A stretch of 64,000 nucleotides of DNA from an uncultured Candidatus Saccharibacteria bacterium (GTDB lineage: Bacteria; Patescibacteriota; Saccharimonadia; UBA4664; CAZJNH01). This document shows positions 29,797 through 39,908 of the stretch, piece after piece. The stretch is taken from assembly GCA_964547425.1 (NCBI GenBank), contig CAZJNH010000002.1, positions 1,028 through 65,027 of the forward strand, written 5' to 3'. The number at the start of each line of letters is the position of its first letter. The stretch's first letter is position 1. The notes beneath the pieces are model-generated. The model was not told where the DNA came from. It saw only the letters and a program-made list of their open reading frames with translations, and ran no database searches. A program made the position numbers and the translations under genes.

Positions 29797-31080
29797 ATGG
29801 TTAGTAAATTTCGGCGTGGTATAGAAACCATCTTAGCTTGGCAGGTTAAGCGGTTAATCAAACGGCATAATCCCAAAATCGTGGCGGTCACCGGCAGTGT
29901 CGGCAAAACCTCGACTAAATCCGCAATTGCGCACGTTTTATCCTCCGAGTACAGCGTCCTCGCTCACGACGGCAATTACAACTCCGCAGTCGGGCTCCCG
30001 TTGGCTATTTTTGAGGAGGAAACCCCATCCTGGCTACTAAATCCAGTGTCCTGGATCATAATTTTCGTCCGTAACGAACTGAGGATTTGGGGTAATTCAA
30101 CTCACGACGCGTGGGTGCTCGAGATGGGGGCGGAGAGAAAAGGCGAAATCGCCAACTTTTTGACCTACATCAAACCCGACATCGGCGTCGTCACGGCGGT
30201 CAAGGGCGTGCATATGGAGGAAGGCCAGTTTACTTCGGTCGAAGAAATCCTCGCCGAAAAGTGGCAAGTAGCTAAGGTCTCGCGTCAGGCTGTTATTAAC
30301 GCCGAAGACAAACTACTGAAGGAAAAAGTTACCGAGCTCCGGCACGCCACCACTTATGGCCTTGAACATGGTGATTCTCATTGGAGTGATCTAGTTACCA
30401 CACCTGCCGGCCTCAAGGGGACGTTAATAGTTGGCAAAAAGAAACTAAAGATTCAAACCGGCTTGATTGGCAAACACAGCCTGTACGCTGCTACAGCGGC
30501 GGCGGCCGTGGCGGATTTGTTGGCCGTCGATCCGGAAAACATCGCCAAAGCTATTGGCGGCCTGCAGCCGGTCAGCGGCCGGATGAACCCGCTCCCAGGC
30601 CGGCACGGATCGTTAATCCTCGACGACAGCTATAACTCCAGCCCGGATACCGCTCTGGCGGCTCTCGAAACGCTCTATCAGCTGCCGAAGTCAGGCCGTA
30701 AAATCGCAATTTTAGGGTCAATGAACGAATTGGGATCGTCGAGCACTAAAGGGCATGAGGCAGTCGGCAAAGCCGCGGCTAATGTTGATTTGCTTATTAC
30801 TATCGGCAACCAGGCTAAACAATTTTTAGCGCCGGCGGCACATATGGCTGGGCTTAAGAACGACCACATCCGCTCGTTTGACGATCCCTACAAAGCCGGC
30901 GAATTCGTTTTAGCCAACCTGAAAAAAGGCGATCAGGTTCTAGTCAAAGGCTCGCAAAACGGGGTATTTAGCGAAGAAGCGGCCAAACTGTTACTCGCTC
31001 GCCGCGACGACCGGGGCAAGCTGGTTCGCCAATCATCCGACTGGCTAAGGCGCAAACAGCGCGCCTTCGGGGTAAAATAA
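29797..31080 (+). CDS. murF: UDP-MurNAc-tripeptide--D-Ala-D-Ala ligase
   Basis: VTGSVGKTST, YNS..GLP, LEMG, DDSYNSSP, LGSMNELG, LVKGS. Confidence 0.93.
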   Translation: MVSKFRRGIETILAWQVKRLIKRHNPKIVAVTGSVGKTSTKSAIAHVLSSEYSVLAHDGNYNSAVGLPLAIFEEETPSWLLNPVSWIIIFVRNELRIWGNSTHDAWVLEMGAERKGEIANFLTYIKPDIGVVTAVKGVHMEEGQFTSVEEILAEKWQVAKVSRQAVINAEDKLLKEKVTELRHATTYGLEHGDSHWSDLVTTPAGLKGTLIVGKKKLKIQTGLIGKHSLYAATAAAAVADLLAVDPENIAKAIGGLQPVSGRMNPLPGRHGSLILDDSYNSSPDTALAALETLYQLPKSGRKIAILGSMNELGSSSTKGHEAVGKAAANVDLLITIGNQAKQFLAPAAHMAGLKNDHIRSFDDPYKAGEFVLANLKKGDQVLVKGSQNGVFSEEAAKLLLARRDDRGKLVRQSSDWLRRKQRAFGVK

Positions 31081-31084
31081 GAAA

Positions 31085-31705
31085 ATGCCCGACAAAATTC
31101 TCGACGTCCCATTTTATAACCAGCTCGACCAACAGGACCTGCCGGAGGAGTGGCGGCCAAACGCCTGCGGTCTTTTGGCGCTCAAAATGGTGATGGATTT
31201 TTGGCACCCCGACAAGCCAGCCAATCTCAAACAACTCCTCGGCGAAACGCTGGCCGACCATGGATATCTCGACGACGTAGGCTGGTACCACTCCGCTTTG
31301 GTGCGGGCTGCTCAGCGCCAAGGCTTTAACTCCTTTCGCCGTAGTTGGAACGTTTCCGGCGACAATAAGGACAAGTTTTCTGAAGAAGGGGTAAATGATC
31401 GATCACTTGAAGCTTATGCCGACCAGATGGAACAAGAAGCTTACCCAACGCTGGTGGCCGAGCTTGAAGAGGGTAACCCCGTGATCGTGGCCGTTGCCAA
31501 AGATTTTGACGATATCGAAAAGGGCCATCTAGTAGTATTAACCGGCGTTAAACGCGAGGATGCGCTTGGCCGCTACCTTGGATTTTTCTATAACGACCCC
31601 TATAGTCCGACCAAGACCGAGCGCAAAGACCGTTATGTCTCGATCAAACGATTTCAGGAAAAATGGAACCGCCGCGCGATTTTTATTAAGCCAGCCAATG
31701 AATAA
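31085..31705 (+). CDS. C39-like cysteine peptidase
   Basis: VPFYNQ, ACG, GHLVVLTG, YNDP. Confidence 0.82.
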   Translation: MPDKILDVPFYNQLDQQDLPEEWRPNACGLLALKMVMDFWHPDKPANLKQLLGETLADHGYLDDVGWYHSALVRAAQRQGFNSFRRSWNVSGDNKDKFSEEGVNDRSLEAYADQMEQEAYPTLVAELEEGNPVIVAVAKDFDDIEKGHLVVLTGVKREDALGRYLGFFYNDPYSPTKTERKDRYVSIKRFQEKWNRRAIFIKPANE

Positions 31706-34586
31706 GTACGATCCGAAATCAATCGAAGAAAAGTGGCAAAAGATCTGGGAAGAAACCGAGATATACAAAACGCCGGCCAAACCAGGGCAGGACAAGGCTT
31801 ATACGCTGGTGATGTTCCCCTATACTTCGGGCGACCTTCATAGTGGCCACTGGTATAACTTCGGCCCGGGAGATACGGTGGCGCGGTTTTTTCGTATGCA
31901 GGGAAAAAATGTGCTTCACCCAATGGGATTTGATGCCTTTGGACTGCCAGCCGAAAATGCCGCGATCAAGCGCGGCATCGACCCAAATACGTGGACCAAA
32001 GACGGCATCAAGAAGATGACCGAGCAGCTGAAAAAAATCGGCACTATGTACGACTGGGACAAAGTCGTTAACACATCCGACCCTGATTATTACCGCTGGA
32101 CTCAATGGTTGTTTCTGCTGTTTTACAAACACGGCATCGCCTATCGCGCTAAAGGCTGGCAAAACTGGTGCCCTAAGGATCAAACCGTTCTGGCCAATGA
32201 GCAAGTAATTGGCGAGAACAACGTCTGTGAACGCTGCGGTACACCCGTGATCAAAAAAGAGCTTGAGCAGTGGTTTTTCAAGATTACCGACTACGCGGAA
32301 CGGCTGCTTAACGATATCGACAAACTCGAGTGGCCCCAGCGCGTCAAAACGATGCAGCGAAACTGGATCGGCAAGAGTGAAGGATCTTCGATCAAATTCA
32401 GCGTCGAAGGCTCAGACAAAGAAATCGAGGTCTTTACTACCCGTCCCGACACCCTGTTCGGTGCCACCTATATGGTTATGGCGCCCGAACATCCTCTAGT
32501 TGAAAAATTGGTATCCAAAGATCAATCGGCCGAGGTCAAAAAATATCAGGAGGAAACTGGCCGCAAAACCGAGCTCGACCGGATGGAAGAAGGCAAAGAC
32601 AAATCAGGCGTCTTCACCGGCGCCCACGCCGTAAATCCGATAAACGGAGAGAAGATTCCAATTTGGGTGGCCGATTATGTTTTGATGGGCTACGGCACGG
32701 GCGCGATTATGGCGGTCCCTGCCCACGACCAGCGAGACAATGATTTTGCAAAGAAGTTCAAGCTGCCGGTTCAAAATGTTGTAAACCCGGTCTTGGTCCG
32801 TGACGACGCAAAAGGCATGACCGAATTTAAATCAAAGAAAAAAATCGTTGCAGTAGTTGAAAACGACAAAGGCGAGATATTAACCATCAACTGGGGTCCA
32901 AAACTAGGCGGCCGGTTAACTATTGGCGGCACGATTGAAGGTGATGAGTCGCCACAGGCCACGGCGTTGCGCGAGGTCGAGGAAGAAACTGGCTATCATG
33001 ATTTAGAGGTGGTTGAGGTCGGAGCCGAAACCATGCGCTACAAATACTACGCATTCTCCAAGAATGAAGCGCATGATGCGGCCGTAAATTTTGTTCACCT
33101 TAGAGTCAAAGGCCAAACCCAAAAGCCGCAGAAGCTGGATGAATCGGAGCATGGGAATTTTAAGGTCGAATGGGTGGACCAGGAAACCGCTGAAAAGGAA
33201 ATCGTTGAGCCGCTTCACAGGTATGGTTATGACAAGTTTATTCATGGCCGGGTTTACACCGGCGAGGGTCCGCTGGTCCATTCGGGCAAATACGCTGAGT
33301 TATCGGGCGACGAAGCTAAACATGCGATTATCGAAGACCTACATAAAGAAGGTAGGGCTGAGGCCGCAACTAAATATAGGTTGCGCGACTGGCTGATTAG
33401 CCGCCAACGCTACTGGGGCGCGCCGATCCCGATCGTTTACTGCGACGACTGCGGCATAGTGCCCGTGCCTGAGGAGCATCTTCCGGTCAAGCTGCCGACC
33501 GATGTCGAATTTGAGCCAACCGGCCAGTCCCCTTTGGCAACCAGGCCGGACTTCTACGAAACGGACTGTCCCAAGTGCGGCAAACAGGGCCGTCGCGAGA
33601 CCGACACTATGGACACCTTCGTCGACTCGAGCTGGTATTTCCTGCGCTACCCGAATACCAAAATCGATGATAAGGCCTTTGATACTACGGCGGTTCGGCA
33701 GTGGCTGCCTGTTGATCAATACATTGGCGGGATCGAACACGCCATTTTGCACCTGCTGTACGCCCGCTTTTTCACTAAGGTTTTGTTTGACCAAAAACTG
33801 ATCGGCTTCGATGAGCCTTTTACAAAGCTGTACAACCAGGGGATTATTGTCGGTCCAGACGGCCAGAAGATGAGTAAAAGCCGCGGCAATGTAGTTAATC
33901 CCGATGACTACGTTAGCCGATACGGCGCCGACACCTTTAGGATGTATTTGATGTTTATGGGGCCTTACGACCAGGGCGGACCCTTCGATCCTAAAGGCAT
34001 TAATGGCGTGTTCCGCTTCTTACAGCGCTGCTTCAACCTGGTCGAGGAGTTTTCTCAGCAAAAATCGGCCGGAGCTGGCGGCGGATCGCTCGCAACATCG
34101 ATAAACTCGACGATCCAGAAAATGATCAAGCGGGTCGCCCACGACACCAAAGAGTTTCAGTTCAACACCGCTATAGCCGCGATGATGGAAGGCCTCAACG
34201 AGCTTTTCCGGCTAAAGGCCGACTTACCAATAAGTGAGGACACCGAGGGCTGGCGGTCGGCGATTGAAGCGCTAATAAAATTACTGGCACCATACGCGCC
34301 GCACGCCGCCGAAGAAATGTGGCAGATAATTGGCGAGACCGAGAGTATTCACCTGCAAGGCTGGCCGAAGTACGACGAAAGTTTGGTTAAAGAAGAATTG
34401 ATCGAAATTCCGGTCCAGGTTAACGGCAAACTTCGGTCGACAGTTACCGCTCCACCGGACTCCAGCGAGGCAGAATTGGTCGCATTGGCCAAAGAACAAA
34501 CGGGAGTGCAAAAGCAGCTTGAGGGCAAAGAGATTGCCCGTACCGTCTACGTTCCGCGCCGCCTCATCAACTTCGTTACTAAATAG
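31698..34586 (+). CDS. leuS: leucine--tRNA ligase with inserted NUDIX domain
   Basis: true start MNKYDPK at 31698; FPYTSG.LH.GH, FTTRPDT, GTGAIMAVPAHD, SRQRYWG, KMSKS; NUDIX box G.IEGDES...ALREVEEETG. Confidence 0.97.
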   Translation: MNKYDPKSIEEKWQKIWEETEIYKTPAKPGQDKAYTLVMFPYTSGDLHSGHWYNFGPGDTVARFFRMQGKNVLHPMGFDAFGLPAENAAIKRGIDPNTWTKDGIKKMTEQLKKIGTMYDWDKVVNTSDPDYYRWTQWLFLLFYKHGIAYRAKGWQNWCPKDQTVLANEQVIGENNVCERCGTPVIKKELEQWFFKITDYAERLLNDIDKLEWPQRVKTMQRNWIGKSEGSSIKFSVEGSDKEIEVFTTRPDTLFGATYMVMAPEHPLVEKLVSKDQSAEVKKYQEETGRKTELDRMEEGKDKSGVFTGAHAVNPINGEKIPIWVADYVLMGYGTGAIMAVPAHDQRDNDFAKKFKLPVQNVVNPVLVRDDAKGMTEFKSKKKIVAVVENDKGEILTINWGPKLGGRLTIGGTIEGDESPQATALREVEEETGYHDLEVVEVGAETMRYKYYAFSKNEAHDAAVNFVHLRVKGQTQKPQKLDESEHGNFKVEWVDQETAEKEIVEPLHRYGYDKFIHGRVYTGEGPLVHSGKYAELSGDEAKHAIIEDLHKEGRAEAATKYRLRDWLISRQRYWGAPIPIVYCDDCGIVPVPEEHLPVKLPTDVEFEPTGQSPLATRPDFYETDCPKCGKQGRRETDTMDTFVDSSWYFLRYPNTKIDDKAFDTTAVRQWLPVDQYIGGIEHAILHLLYARFFTKVLFDQKLIGFDEPFTKLYNQGIIVGPDGQKMSKSRGNVVNPDDYVSRYGADTFRMYLMFMGPYDQGGPFDPKGINGVFRFLQRCFNLVEEFSQQKSAGAGGGSLATSINSTIQKMIKRVAHDTKEFQFNTAIAAMMEGLNELFRLKADLPISEDTEGWRSAIEALIKLLAPYAPHAAEEMWQIIGETESIHLQGWPKYDESLVKEELIEIPVQVNGKLRSTVTAPPDSSEAELVALAKEQTGVQKQLEGKEIARTVYVPRRLINFVTK

Positions 34587-34631
34587 TCTGCTACAATACT
34601 CACGTCGAAGAGGCGGATCGAGGAGGCTTGT

Positions 34632-35135
34632 ATGTCGGATTTTGCATTGGGCGTAGACGCAGCCTTGAAGGTTGCTGCTCTGGCCAATCATGAGCCGAAG
34701 GGTCCGGTTCAAACTCTGGACTCGCGGGGTTCGGCGCCGGTCAAAGAGCTGAGGCGCAAGGTGGAGCAAAAGATCAAACGCCGCCAACGTACTGAAGCTG
34801 AAATGGCTGAAGCAATCGCTGAATTGCGGCGAGTCTGCACGCACGAGCACGTGGTGGAGGCGCCGTACGAACCCAGCCGCTCGGGCATGTTCGACTCGCT
34901 AAAGCCGCTACGGCTATGCACCGACTGCGGGATCGAAGAAGAAGGCTGGGGAGTCGGGTTTAATGTGCTCGACGGCTCTGCGCAGGAGGTTGCCCGCAAC
35001 AAGCTGTACTCACTGCGTTTGCCCGGTTCTTTGGTTCGAGTCAAGCGCGACCCGGATTGCGGTCAAGTCTTCGATGTCAACGATCTCGACGACTGGCACC
35101 GTTGTGCGGAGTGTAGGGGAAAGCGCTCCGCGTAG
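34632..35135 (+). CDS. orphan hypothetical protein with Cys/His clusters
   Basis: SD GAGGAGG, C.H, CTDC, DC..H.CAEC; followed by terminator. Confidence 0.6.
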   Translation: MSDFALGVDAALKVAALANHEPKGPVQTLDSRGSAPVKELRRKVEQKIKRRQRTEAEMAEAIAELRRVCTHEHVVEAPYEPSRSGMFDSLKPLRLCTDCGIEEEGWGVGFNVLDGSAQEVARNKLYSLRLPGSLVRVKRDPDCGQVFDVNDLDDWHRCAECRGKRSA

Positions 35136-35141
35136 CTTCAC

Positions 35142-35180
35142 AAGAGGGCGATCGCTTTCGCGGTCGCCCTCTTTCCTTTT
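35142..35180 (+). terminator. intrinsic terminator
   Basis: aagagggcgatcgc..gcggtcgccctctt + T-rich tail. Confidence 0.7.
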
Positions 35181-35299
35181 AGGCTTATTTATGCCATAAT
35201 TCGTGCGAACGTCATGGACGTAGGCGAAACAGCCACTCAAATTAGAGAGTAACAAACCGAGTAATCGGTTCGTCTGCGTGATTAACTGAAAGGAAATTA

Positions 35300-35479
35300 A
35301 TGCCAGTACCGAAAAAACGCGGCACTCGGAGTGCCCGCGGACAGCGGCGCAGCCACGATGCTTTAAAGGTGGCGGCTCTGACCAAATGCTCCAACTGCGG
35401 CGCGTTGGGGCGATCCCATCAGGTTTGCCGAAGCTGCGGCTTTTACAACGGCGCGAAAGTGACCCAAGCGAGCAAATAA
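35300..35479 (+). CDS. rpmF: 50S ribosomal protein L32 (missing from ORF track, 59 aa)
   Basis: MPVPKKRGTRSARGQRRSH..CSNCG...HQVCRSCGFYNG; SD AAGGA. Confidence 0.95.
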   Translation: MPVPKKRGTRSARGQRRSHDALKVAALTKCSNCGALGRSHQVCRSCGFYNGAKVTQASK

Positions 35480-35946
35480 TGGCGTCAAACCGGCACCTTG
35501 GGCGAATTGTGGCGATGCAGACTCTTTACGAAGAGGATTTTCGCCATTCCGCCGATGCCCAGCCGGATTTGAAGGAGATCCTGACCCGTAACATCAATGA
35601 ATTCTCCGATAGTATCGACGACAAAGCGTTTGTGAAAGACCTGGTCGACGGGGTAACCAAGCACCAGGAAGACATCGACGCTATGATCGTGCCGGTAGCG
35701 CCGGAATGGCCGATCGAGCAGATCGCCAAGATCGACAAGATTATTCTTAGGATCGGGATCTACGAATTAATGATTAAAAAGGACGTTCCGCCCAAGGTGG
35801 CAATCAACGAAGCCGTCGAGCTGGCCAAGGCGTTTGGGGGCGAAAACTCCTCAAAGTTTGTCAACGGCGTGCTCGGCACAATTTATCGAAACAGTGATTT
35901 TTATGAACCAGAAGAAGACCACAAAGACAAAACCTCAGCCAAATAA
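35479..35946 (+). CDS. nusB: transcription antitermination factor NusB
   Basis: true start MASNRHLGR (TAATG overlap with rpmF); VPPKVAINEAVELAK.FG..S.KFVNGVLG. Confidence 0.96.
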   Translation: MASNRHLGRIVAMQTLYEEDFRHSADAQPDLKEILTRNINEFSDSIDDKAFVKDLVDGVTKHQEDIDAMIVPVAPEWPIEQIAKIDKIILRIGIYELMIKKDVPPKVAINEAVELAKAFGGENSSKFVNGVLGTIYRNSDFYEPEEDHKDKTSAK

Positions 35947-36412
35947 AGCTGTCAAAGAGTATACCGCCGGCGGCATGGTTTACCGTTTTCGCCGCGGCCA
36001 GCTGCAGATTTTGATGATCCAGGACCGGATGGGTCGTTGGACTATCCCCAAAGGTCACGTTGAGCCGGGTGAGAGCTTGGCCCAAACCGCCATCCGCGAA
36101 GTGCGGGAGGAAACCGGGCTGCAAAAGACCAAAATTCGCGACAAATTGGATAAAATCCACTTTTTCTATCGCAAAGAAGGCAAACTGATTTTAATGACCA
36201 CCTACGTTTTCTTGATGGAAGCGGTCGGCCGCAGTGACCGGGTGGTGCCGGAAAATAGTGAAGGCATTGTGGATGTTAAGTGGTTCGACAAAGACGAAGC
36301 GCTGAAATTGATTGAGTATAAGGACACCGAGCGGCTGTTTCGGATTGGGCTAACTAAACTAAGTCGACGCAAAGCCGAGCGCCAGCCGGAACCGGTCAAG
36401 GCTGAGGCATGA
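35903..36412 (+). CDS. NUDIX hydrolase
   Basis: W.IPKGHVEPGES...AIREVREETG; likely start MNQKK at 35903. Confidence 0.92.
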   Translation: MNQKKTTKTKPQPNKAVKEYTAGGMVYRFRRGQLQILMIQDRMGRWTIPKGHVEPGESLAQTAIREVREETGLQKTKIRDKLDKIHFFYRKEGKLILMTTYVFLMEAVGRSDRVVPENSEGIVDVKWFDKDEALKLIEYKDTERLFRIGLTKLSRRKAERQPEPVKAEA

Positions 36413-37101
36413 ACAAACCCGATCTAGCTGAATTTCAGAAGTTAATCGGCGTTACCTTTAAGGACGCCAGCTTAATCGAGCGCGCGTTCATCCACCGCTC
36501 GTACATCAACGAACACCCCAAACTTGGCCTCGAACACAACGAGCGGCTGGAGTTTTTGGGCGACGCCGTACTTGAACTAGTGGTGACCGACTACCTATAC
36601 AAGAATTTCCCGAATCCGGAAGGCGAATTGACCAACTACCGTAGCGCCTTGGTTAAAACTGAATCTTTGAGCGCTGTGGCGGCAAAGCTTCAAGCCGGTG
36701 ATTATTTGAAACTTTCTCGAGGTGAAGCCAAAGGCAACGACCGCAGCCGGGCGCTGATTTCCGCCAACTGCATCGAAGCCATTATCGGGGCTATTTATCT
36801 GGACCAAGGTTTTGAGGCAGCTAGCAAGTTTATTCACGCTCAAATCATCGTCACCCTGCCGGAAATTCTCGAAGAGGGCAGTTATTTGGACCCGAAAAGC
36901 CGGTTTCAGGAGATAGCCCAAGAAAAAGACGGCGTTACGCCACAGTACAAAGTTATTTCAGAAAGCGGGCCCGACCACGACAAAATCTTTGAGGTTGGTG
37001 CTTATCTGGGCGGGCGACTGCTTGGTAAAGGTAAAGGTTCGAGCAAACAGGCGGCTCAACTGGTGGCCGCCGCCGACGCCCTGAAAAAGTACCAAAAGTA
37101 A
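36409..37101 (+). CDS. rnc: ribonuclease III
   Basis: NERLEFLGDAVL, EAIIGAIYLD, dsRBD PKSRFQE..GPDH..G.GSSKQAA. Confidence 0.97.
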   Translation: MNKPDLAEFQKLIGVTFKDASLIERAFIHRSYINEHPKLGLEHNERLEFLGDAVLELVVTDYLYKNFPNPEGELTNYRSALVKTESLSAVAAKLQAGDYLKLSRGEAKGNDRSRALISANCIEAIIGAIYLDQGFEAASKFIHAQIIVTLPEILEEGSYLDPKSRFQEIAQEKDGVTPQYKVISESGPDHDKIFEVGAYLGGRLLGKGKGSSKQAAQLVAAADALKKYQK

Positions 37102-37223
37102 TTATTTAGTCATTATTCCAAAAATAAGCCCTCCTTATTGCTATTTCATCGTAGTTATGCTATACCGGGGCTACGCAGAAGTTATTGCGATAACTTTGTA
37201 GCTCATTCAAAGGGGATGGGGAG

Positions 37224-38036
37224 ATGGACCCTCAAAATCCGTCGTTCGTCATCACGGGCACTGGAGTTCCGGGGCCTTGGGCGGCTTTGGTCGCGTACCT
37301 GCCGTTCTGGCTTTCTGGCCGCACCGACCCGATCGATATTCCCGGGTGGGGACTAGGCCCGCTGGAAGCAAGTTACGTCGGGGTTGAGCGCAGGTTGCTT
37401 GGCTCGATTAAGCAAAGCGGAGCGCCGGTAGCGATCATCGGCCACTCGCAGGGCGGCTTTCATGCCGTGCGCTTCGGGCTCGATCATCCGGACCTGGTTC
37501 ACACCGTCATCGCGATTTCGACGCCCTTTGGGGGTTTGGACGCTACGGTGAAGGGCATTCGCTCCCGTATAACCTCAAGAACGCTGAGGCTTCCCGCCGG
37601 CCGCGTAATTGCGAAGCTGGCCGGCAGGGTTTGGGACGCCGCGGAAGAACCAGTTGAACGCTGGCTCTACAAGAAGGCCCCAAGCCTGCACAGTCTGGCG
37701 TTTCTGGGCCAACCGGTCCACGACTTGCGGGATGCCGTCGAGCAGAGCTGGGGCGCGGATGTCCGGTTGGTCTTGGTCGGTGGCGAGAAGGACAAGTTCG
37801 TCGACTCCGAAGACGGGACGGCTTGGGACCTCTCGATACCGAACCCGGAGATGCTCTTCAGGTATTTCCTGGGCGAGGAAGATCCCGGTTACCCCGGCAT
37901 CAAGCACTGGCGAGCGCGTCACAGTGGTCACCTCGGCGAGATGTTCGAGCGGCAGCTGCACAAGCTGGTGATGAAGTTCTCACGGAACCATCGCGAGGGT
38001 GAAGTTCACCCGGTGCCGCTCACGATCGTCGCCTAG
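37224..38036 (+). CDS. alpha/beta-fold hydrolase
   Basis: IIGHSQGG nucleophile elbow, ISTPFGG, D..V and GH near C-terminus. Confidence 0.8.
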   Translation: MDPQNPSFVITGTGVPGPWAALVAYLPFWLSGRTDPIDIPGWGLGPLEASYVGVERRLLGSIKQSGAPVAIIGHSQGGFHAVRFGLDHPDLVHTVIAISTPFGGLDATVKGIRSRITSRTLRLPAGRVIAKLAGRVWDAAEEPVERWLYKKAPSLHSLAFLGQPVHDLRDAVEQSWGADVRLVLVGGEKDKFVDSEDGTAWDLSIPNPEMLFRYFLGEEDPGYPGIKHWRARHSGHLGEMFERQLHKLVMKFSRNHREGEVHPVPLTIVA

Positions 38037-38077
38037 GCTTCTACCTCAGATCGGCGGATCTCACGGGCCCGCCATAC

Positions 38078-38116
38078 CGCGCTCCGTCCCCCGTCCGGGA
38101 CGGAGCGCTTCATTTT
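38078..38116 (+). terminator. intrinsic terminator
   Basis: gcgctccgtccc..gggacggagcgc + T-rich tail. Confidence 0.65.
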
Positions 38117-38169
38117 GCCACCCCAACAGATTGACTTATTACTGAGCGTAACCTAAAATTATCGTTCGT

Positions 38170-38715
38170 ATGTTAGTCATTCGTTTGTCCCGCGTGGGCC
38201 GAAATAAATACCCAACCTATCGTGTCGTTGCCGCCGATTCTCGCCGGCCAGCCAACGGCAAATTTGTTAGTATTTTGGGCCATTTCAATCCTCACACCAA
38301 GGAACTAGTGCTGAAAAAAGAGGAAATTATCCACTATATCGAAAACGGCGCCCAACCCTCTAATTCGATGATCCGGCTGCTCGACAAGGAAAAGGTTAAG
38401 TTGCCGGAGTGGGCTAAGTACCATGCTAAGAACAAAGCTAGCAAGCAAGAAGCTGAAAAGGCTCCTGTAGCTGCTGCTCAGGCCGCGGAGTCTGCTCCGA
38501 CTGAGGAGGTAGCAACCCCCGAAGAAGCTCCGGCCGATGCCACCGAAAATGTAGCGGCAACGGCGGCGGATCAGGCGGCTGAAACCGCCGAAAGTGTGCC
38601 GGACAAAAATACCACCGAAACCGCTGAAACCGCCGAAAAACAGGAGCAAGCGGCCGAAAAAGCCGAGGACATTGCCGCCGAAGCTGCGGTTGAAGCTCCC
38701 GCCGAGCCAGAGTAA
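38170..38715 (+). CDS. rpsP: 30S ribosomal protein S16 with long acidic Ala/Glu tail
   Basis: IRLSRVGR..P.YRVVAADSR..G, LGHFNP, GAQPS. Confidence 0.96.
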   Translation: MLVIRLSRVGRNKYPTYRVVAADSRRPANGKFVSILGHFNPHTKELVLKKEEIIHYIENGAQPSNSMIRLLDKEKVKLPEWAKYHAKNKASKQEAEKAPVAAAQAAESAPTEEVATPEEAPADATENVAATAADQAAETAESVPDKNTTETAETAEKQEQAAEKAEDIAAEAAVEAPAEPE

Positions 38716-38760
38716 TATAAATCTATCCGCACTCGCGGAAGCATAACAGAAGAGGAAATT

Positions 38761-39162
38761 ATGGCAGCAGAAGTTGACAAGGAATTTGTCGAATACGTCG
38801 TTCGGGCGCTAGTTTCTACCCCCGACGCCGTCAAGGTCGAACGCAGCGTGGATGACCGGGGAGTTTTACTCGAACTCGAAGTTGATCCTGCCGATATGGG
38901 CAAAGTCATCGGCAAAGCCGGTGCCACCGCTAAAAGTCTACGGACTTTGCTCCGGGTCCTGGGCGCCAAAAACGACGCCAAGGTAAACCTGAAGATCGTT
39001 GAGCCCGAAGGCAGCGAGCACGTCCGGGCCGCCGCCGAGACTTCAGCAGAAGCTCCGGCCGAAGTGGCCGAGGAAGAGCCGAAAGAGGAGGAACAAACCA
39101 CCTCCGATATCCGGGCAAAGACCGAAGCCGAACTAAAAGAAATCGCTGATCTAGAGTTTTAA
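38761..39162 (+). CDS. khpA: KH-domain RNA-binding protein KhpA/YlqC
   Basis: DMGKVIGKAG.TA..LR; between rpsP and trmD. Confidence 0.9.
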   Translation: MAAEVDKEFVEYVVRALVSTPDAVKVERSVDDRGVLLELEVDPADMGKVIGKAGATAKSLRTLLRVLGAKNDAKVNLKIVEPEGSEHVRAAAETSAEAPAEVAEEEPKEEEQTTSDIRAKTEAELKEIADLEF

Positions 39163-39231
39163 TAGAAATATTTAGCAAGGGTCACCACAGCCCAAACCGC
39201 TTTGGTGGCCCTTGTGTATTAGGAGAGAGCA

Positions 39232-39903
39232 ATGAAAATCGACATTTTGACTTTATTCCCCAGCATGTTTGATGGGCCGTTTGCCACCAGCATGCTCAAA
39301 AAAGCCCAGGATAATAAGTTGGCTGAAATTCGGATTCATGATCTTCGAAAATATGGTCTAGGATCTCGTCGAACGGTCGACGATACTCCATATGGCGGCG
39401 GGGCTGGTATGGTCTTGCGTCCAGAGCCGGTTTTCGACGCGGTTGAGGCGATCAAAAAGCAGAACCCAAAGGCTAAGGTTGTCGTTTTGACTCCGTCGGG
39501 AAAGTTATTCAAACAAAAAATCGCTAGCGACATGAGTCGTGAGGCTGGTCTGATCTTGATCTGTGGCCACTACGAGGGTTTTGACGAGCGGATTTTGAGT
39601 TTGGCGGATCTGGAACTGTCTATCGGAGATTACGTATTAACGGGCGGCGAAATTCCAGCGATGGTGGTCGTTGATAGCGTTGTCAGGCTAATCCCCGGAG
39701 TGTTGGGCGATGATACTAGTTCGATTGAAGAATCGTTTAGCGATGGATTGCTGGAGTATCCGCACTACACAAAACCAGATGAATTTAAGGGCAAATCAGT
39801 ACCAGAAGTTTTAAAAAGCGGCCATCATGCCGAAATCGCCAAATGGCGTAAGGAGCAGGCTCTTAAAAAAACCAAGCAAAACCGGCCCGACCTGCTAAGA
39901 TAG
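39232..39903 (+). CDS. trmD: tRNA (guanine37-N1)-methyltransferase
   Basis: [39 protein letters not shown]. Confidence 0.98.
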   Translation: MKIDILTLFPSMFDGPFATSMLKKAQDNKLAEIRIHDLRKYGLGSRRTVDDTPYGGGAGMVLRPEPVFDAVEAIKKQNPKAKVVVLTPSGKLFKQKIASDMSREAGLILICGHYEGFDERILSLADLELSIGDYVLTGGEIPAMVVVDSVVRLIPGVLGDDTSSIEESFSDGLLEYPHYTKPDEFKGKSVPEVLKSGHHAEIAKWRKEQALKKTKQNRPDLLR

Positions 39904-39908
39904 CCGCA

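Noticed and set aside
31560-31697. LeuRS N-terminal extension
   Set aside because: Overlaps the C39 peptidase gene; typical LeuRS start MNKYDPK is at 31698
35386-35478. Track start for nusB
   Set aside because: Region encodes rpmF in another frame; nusB starts at the TAATG overlap (35479)
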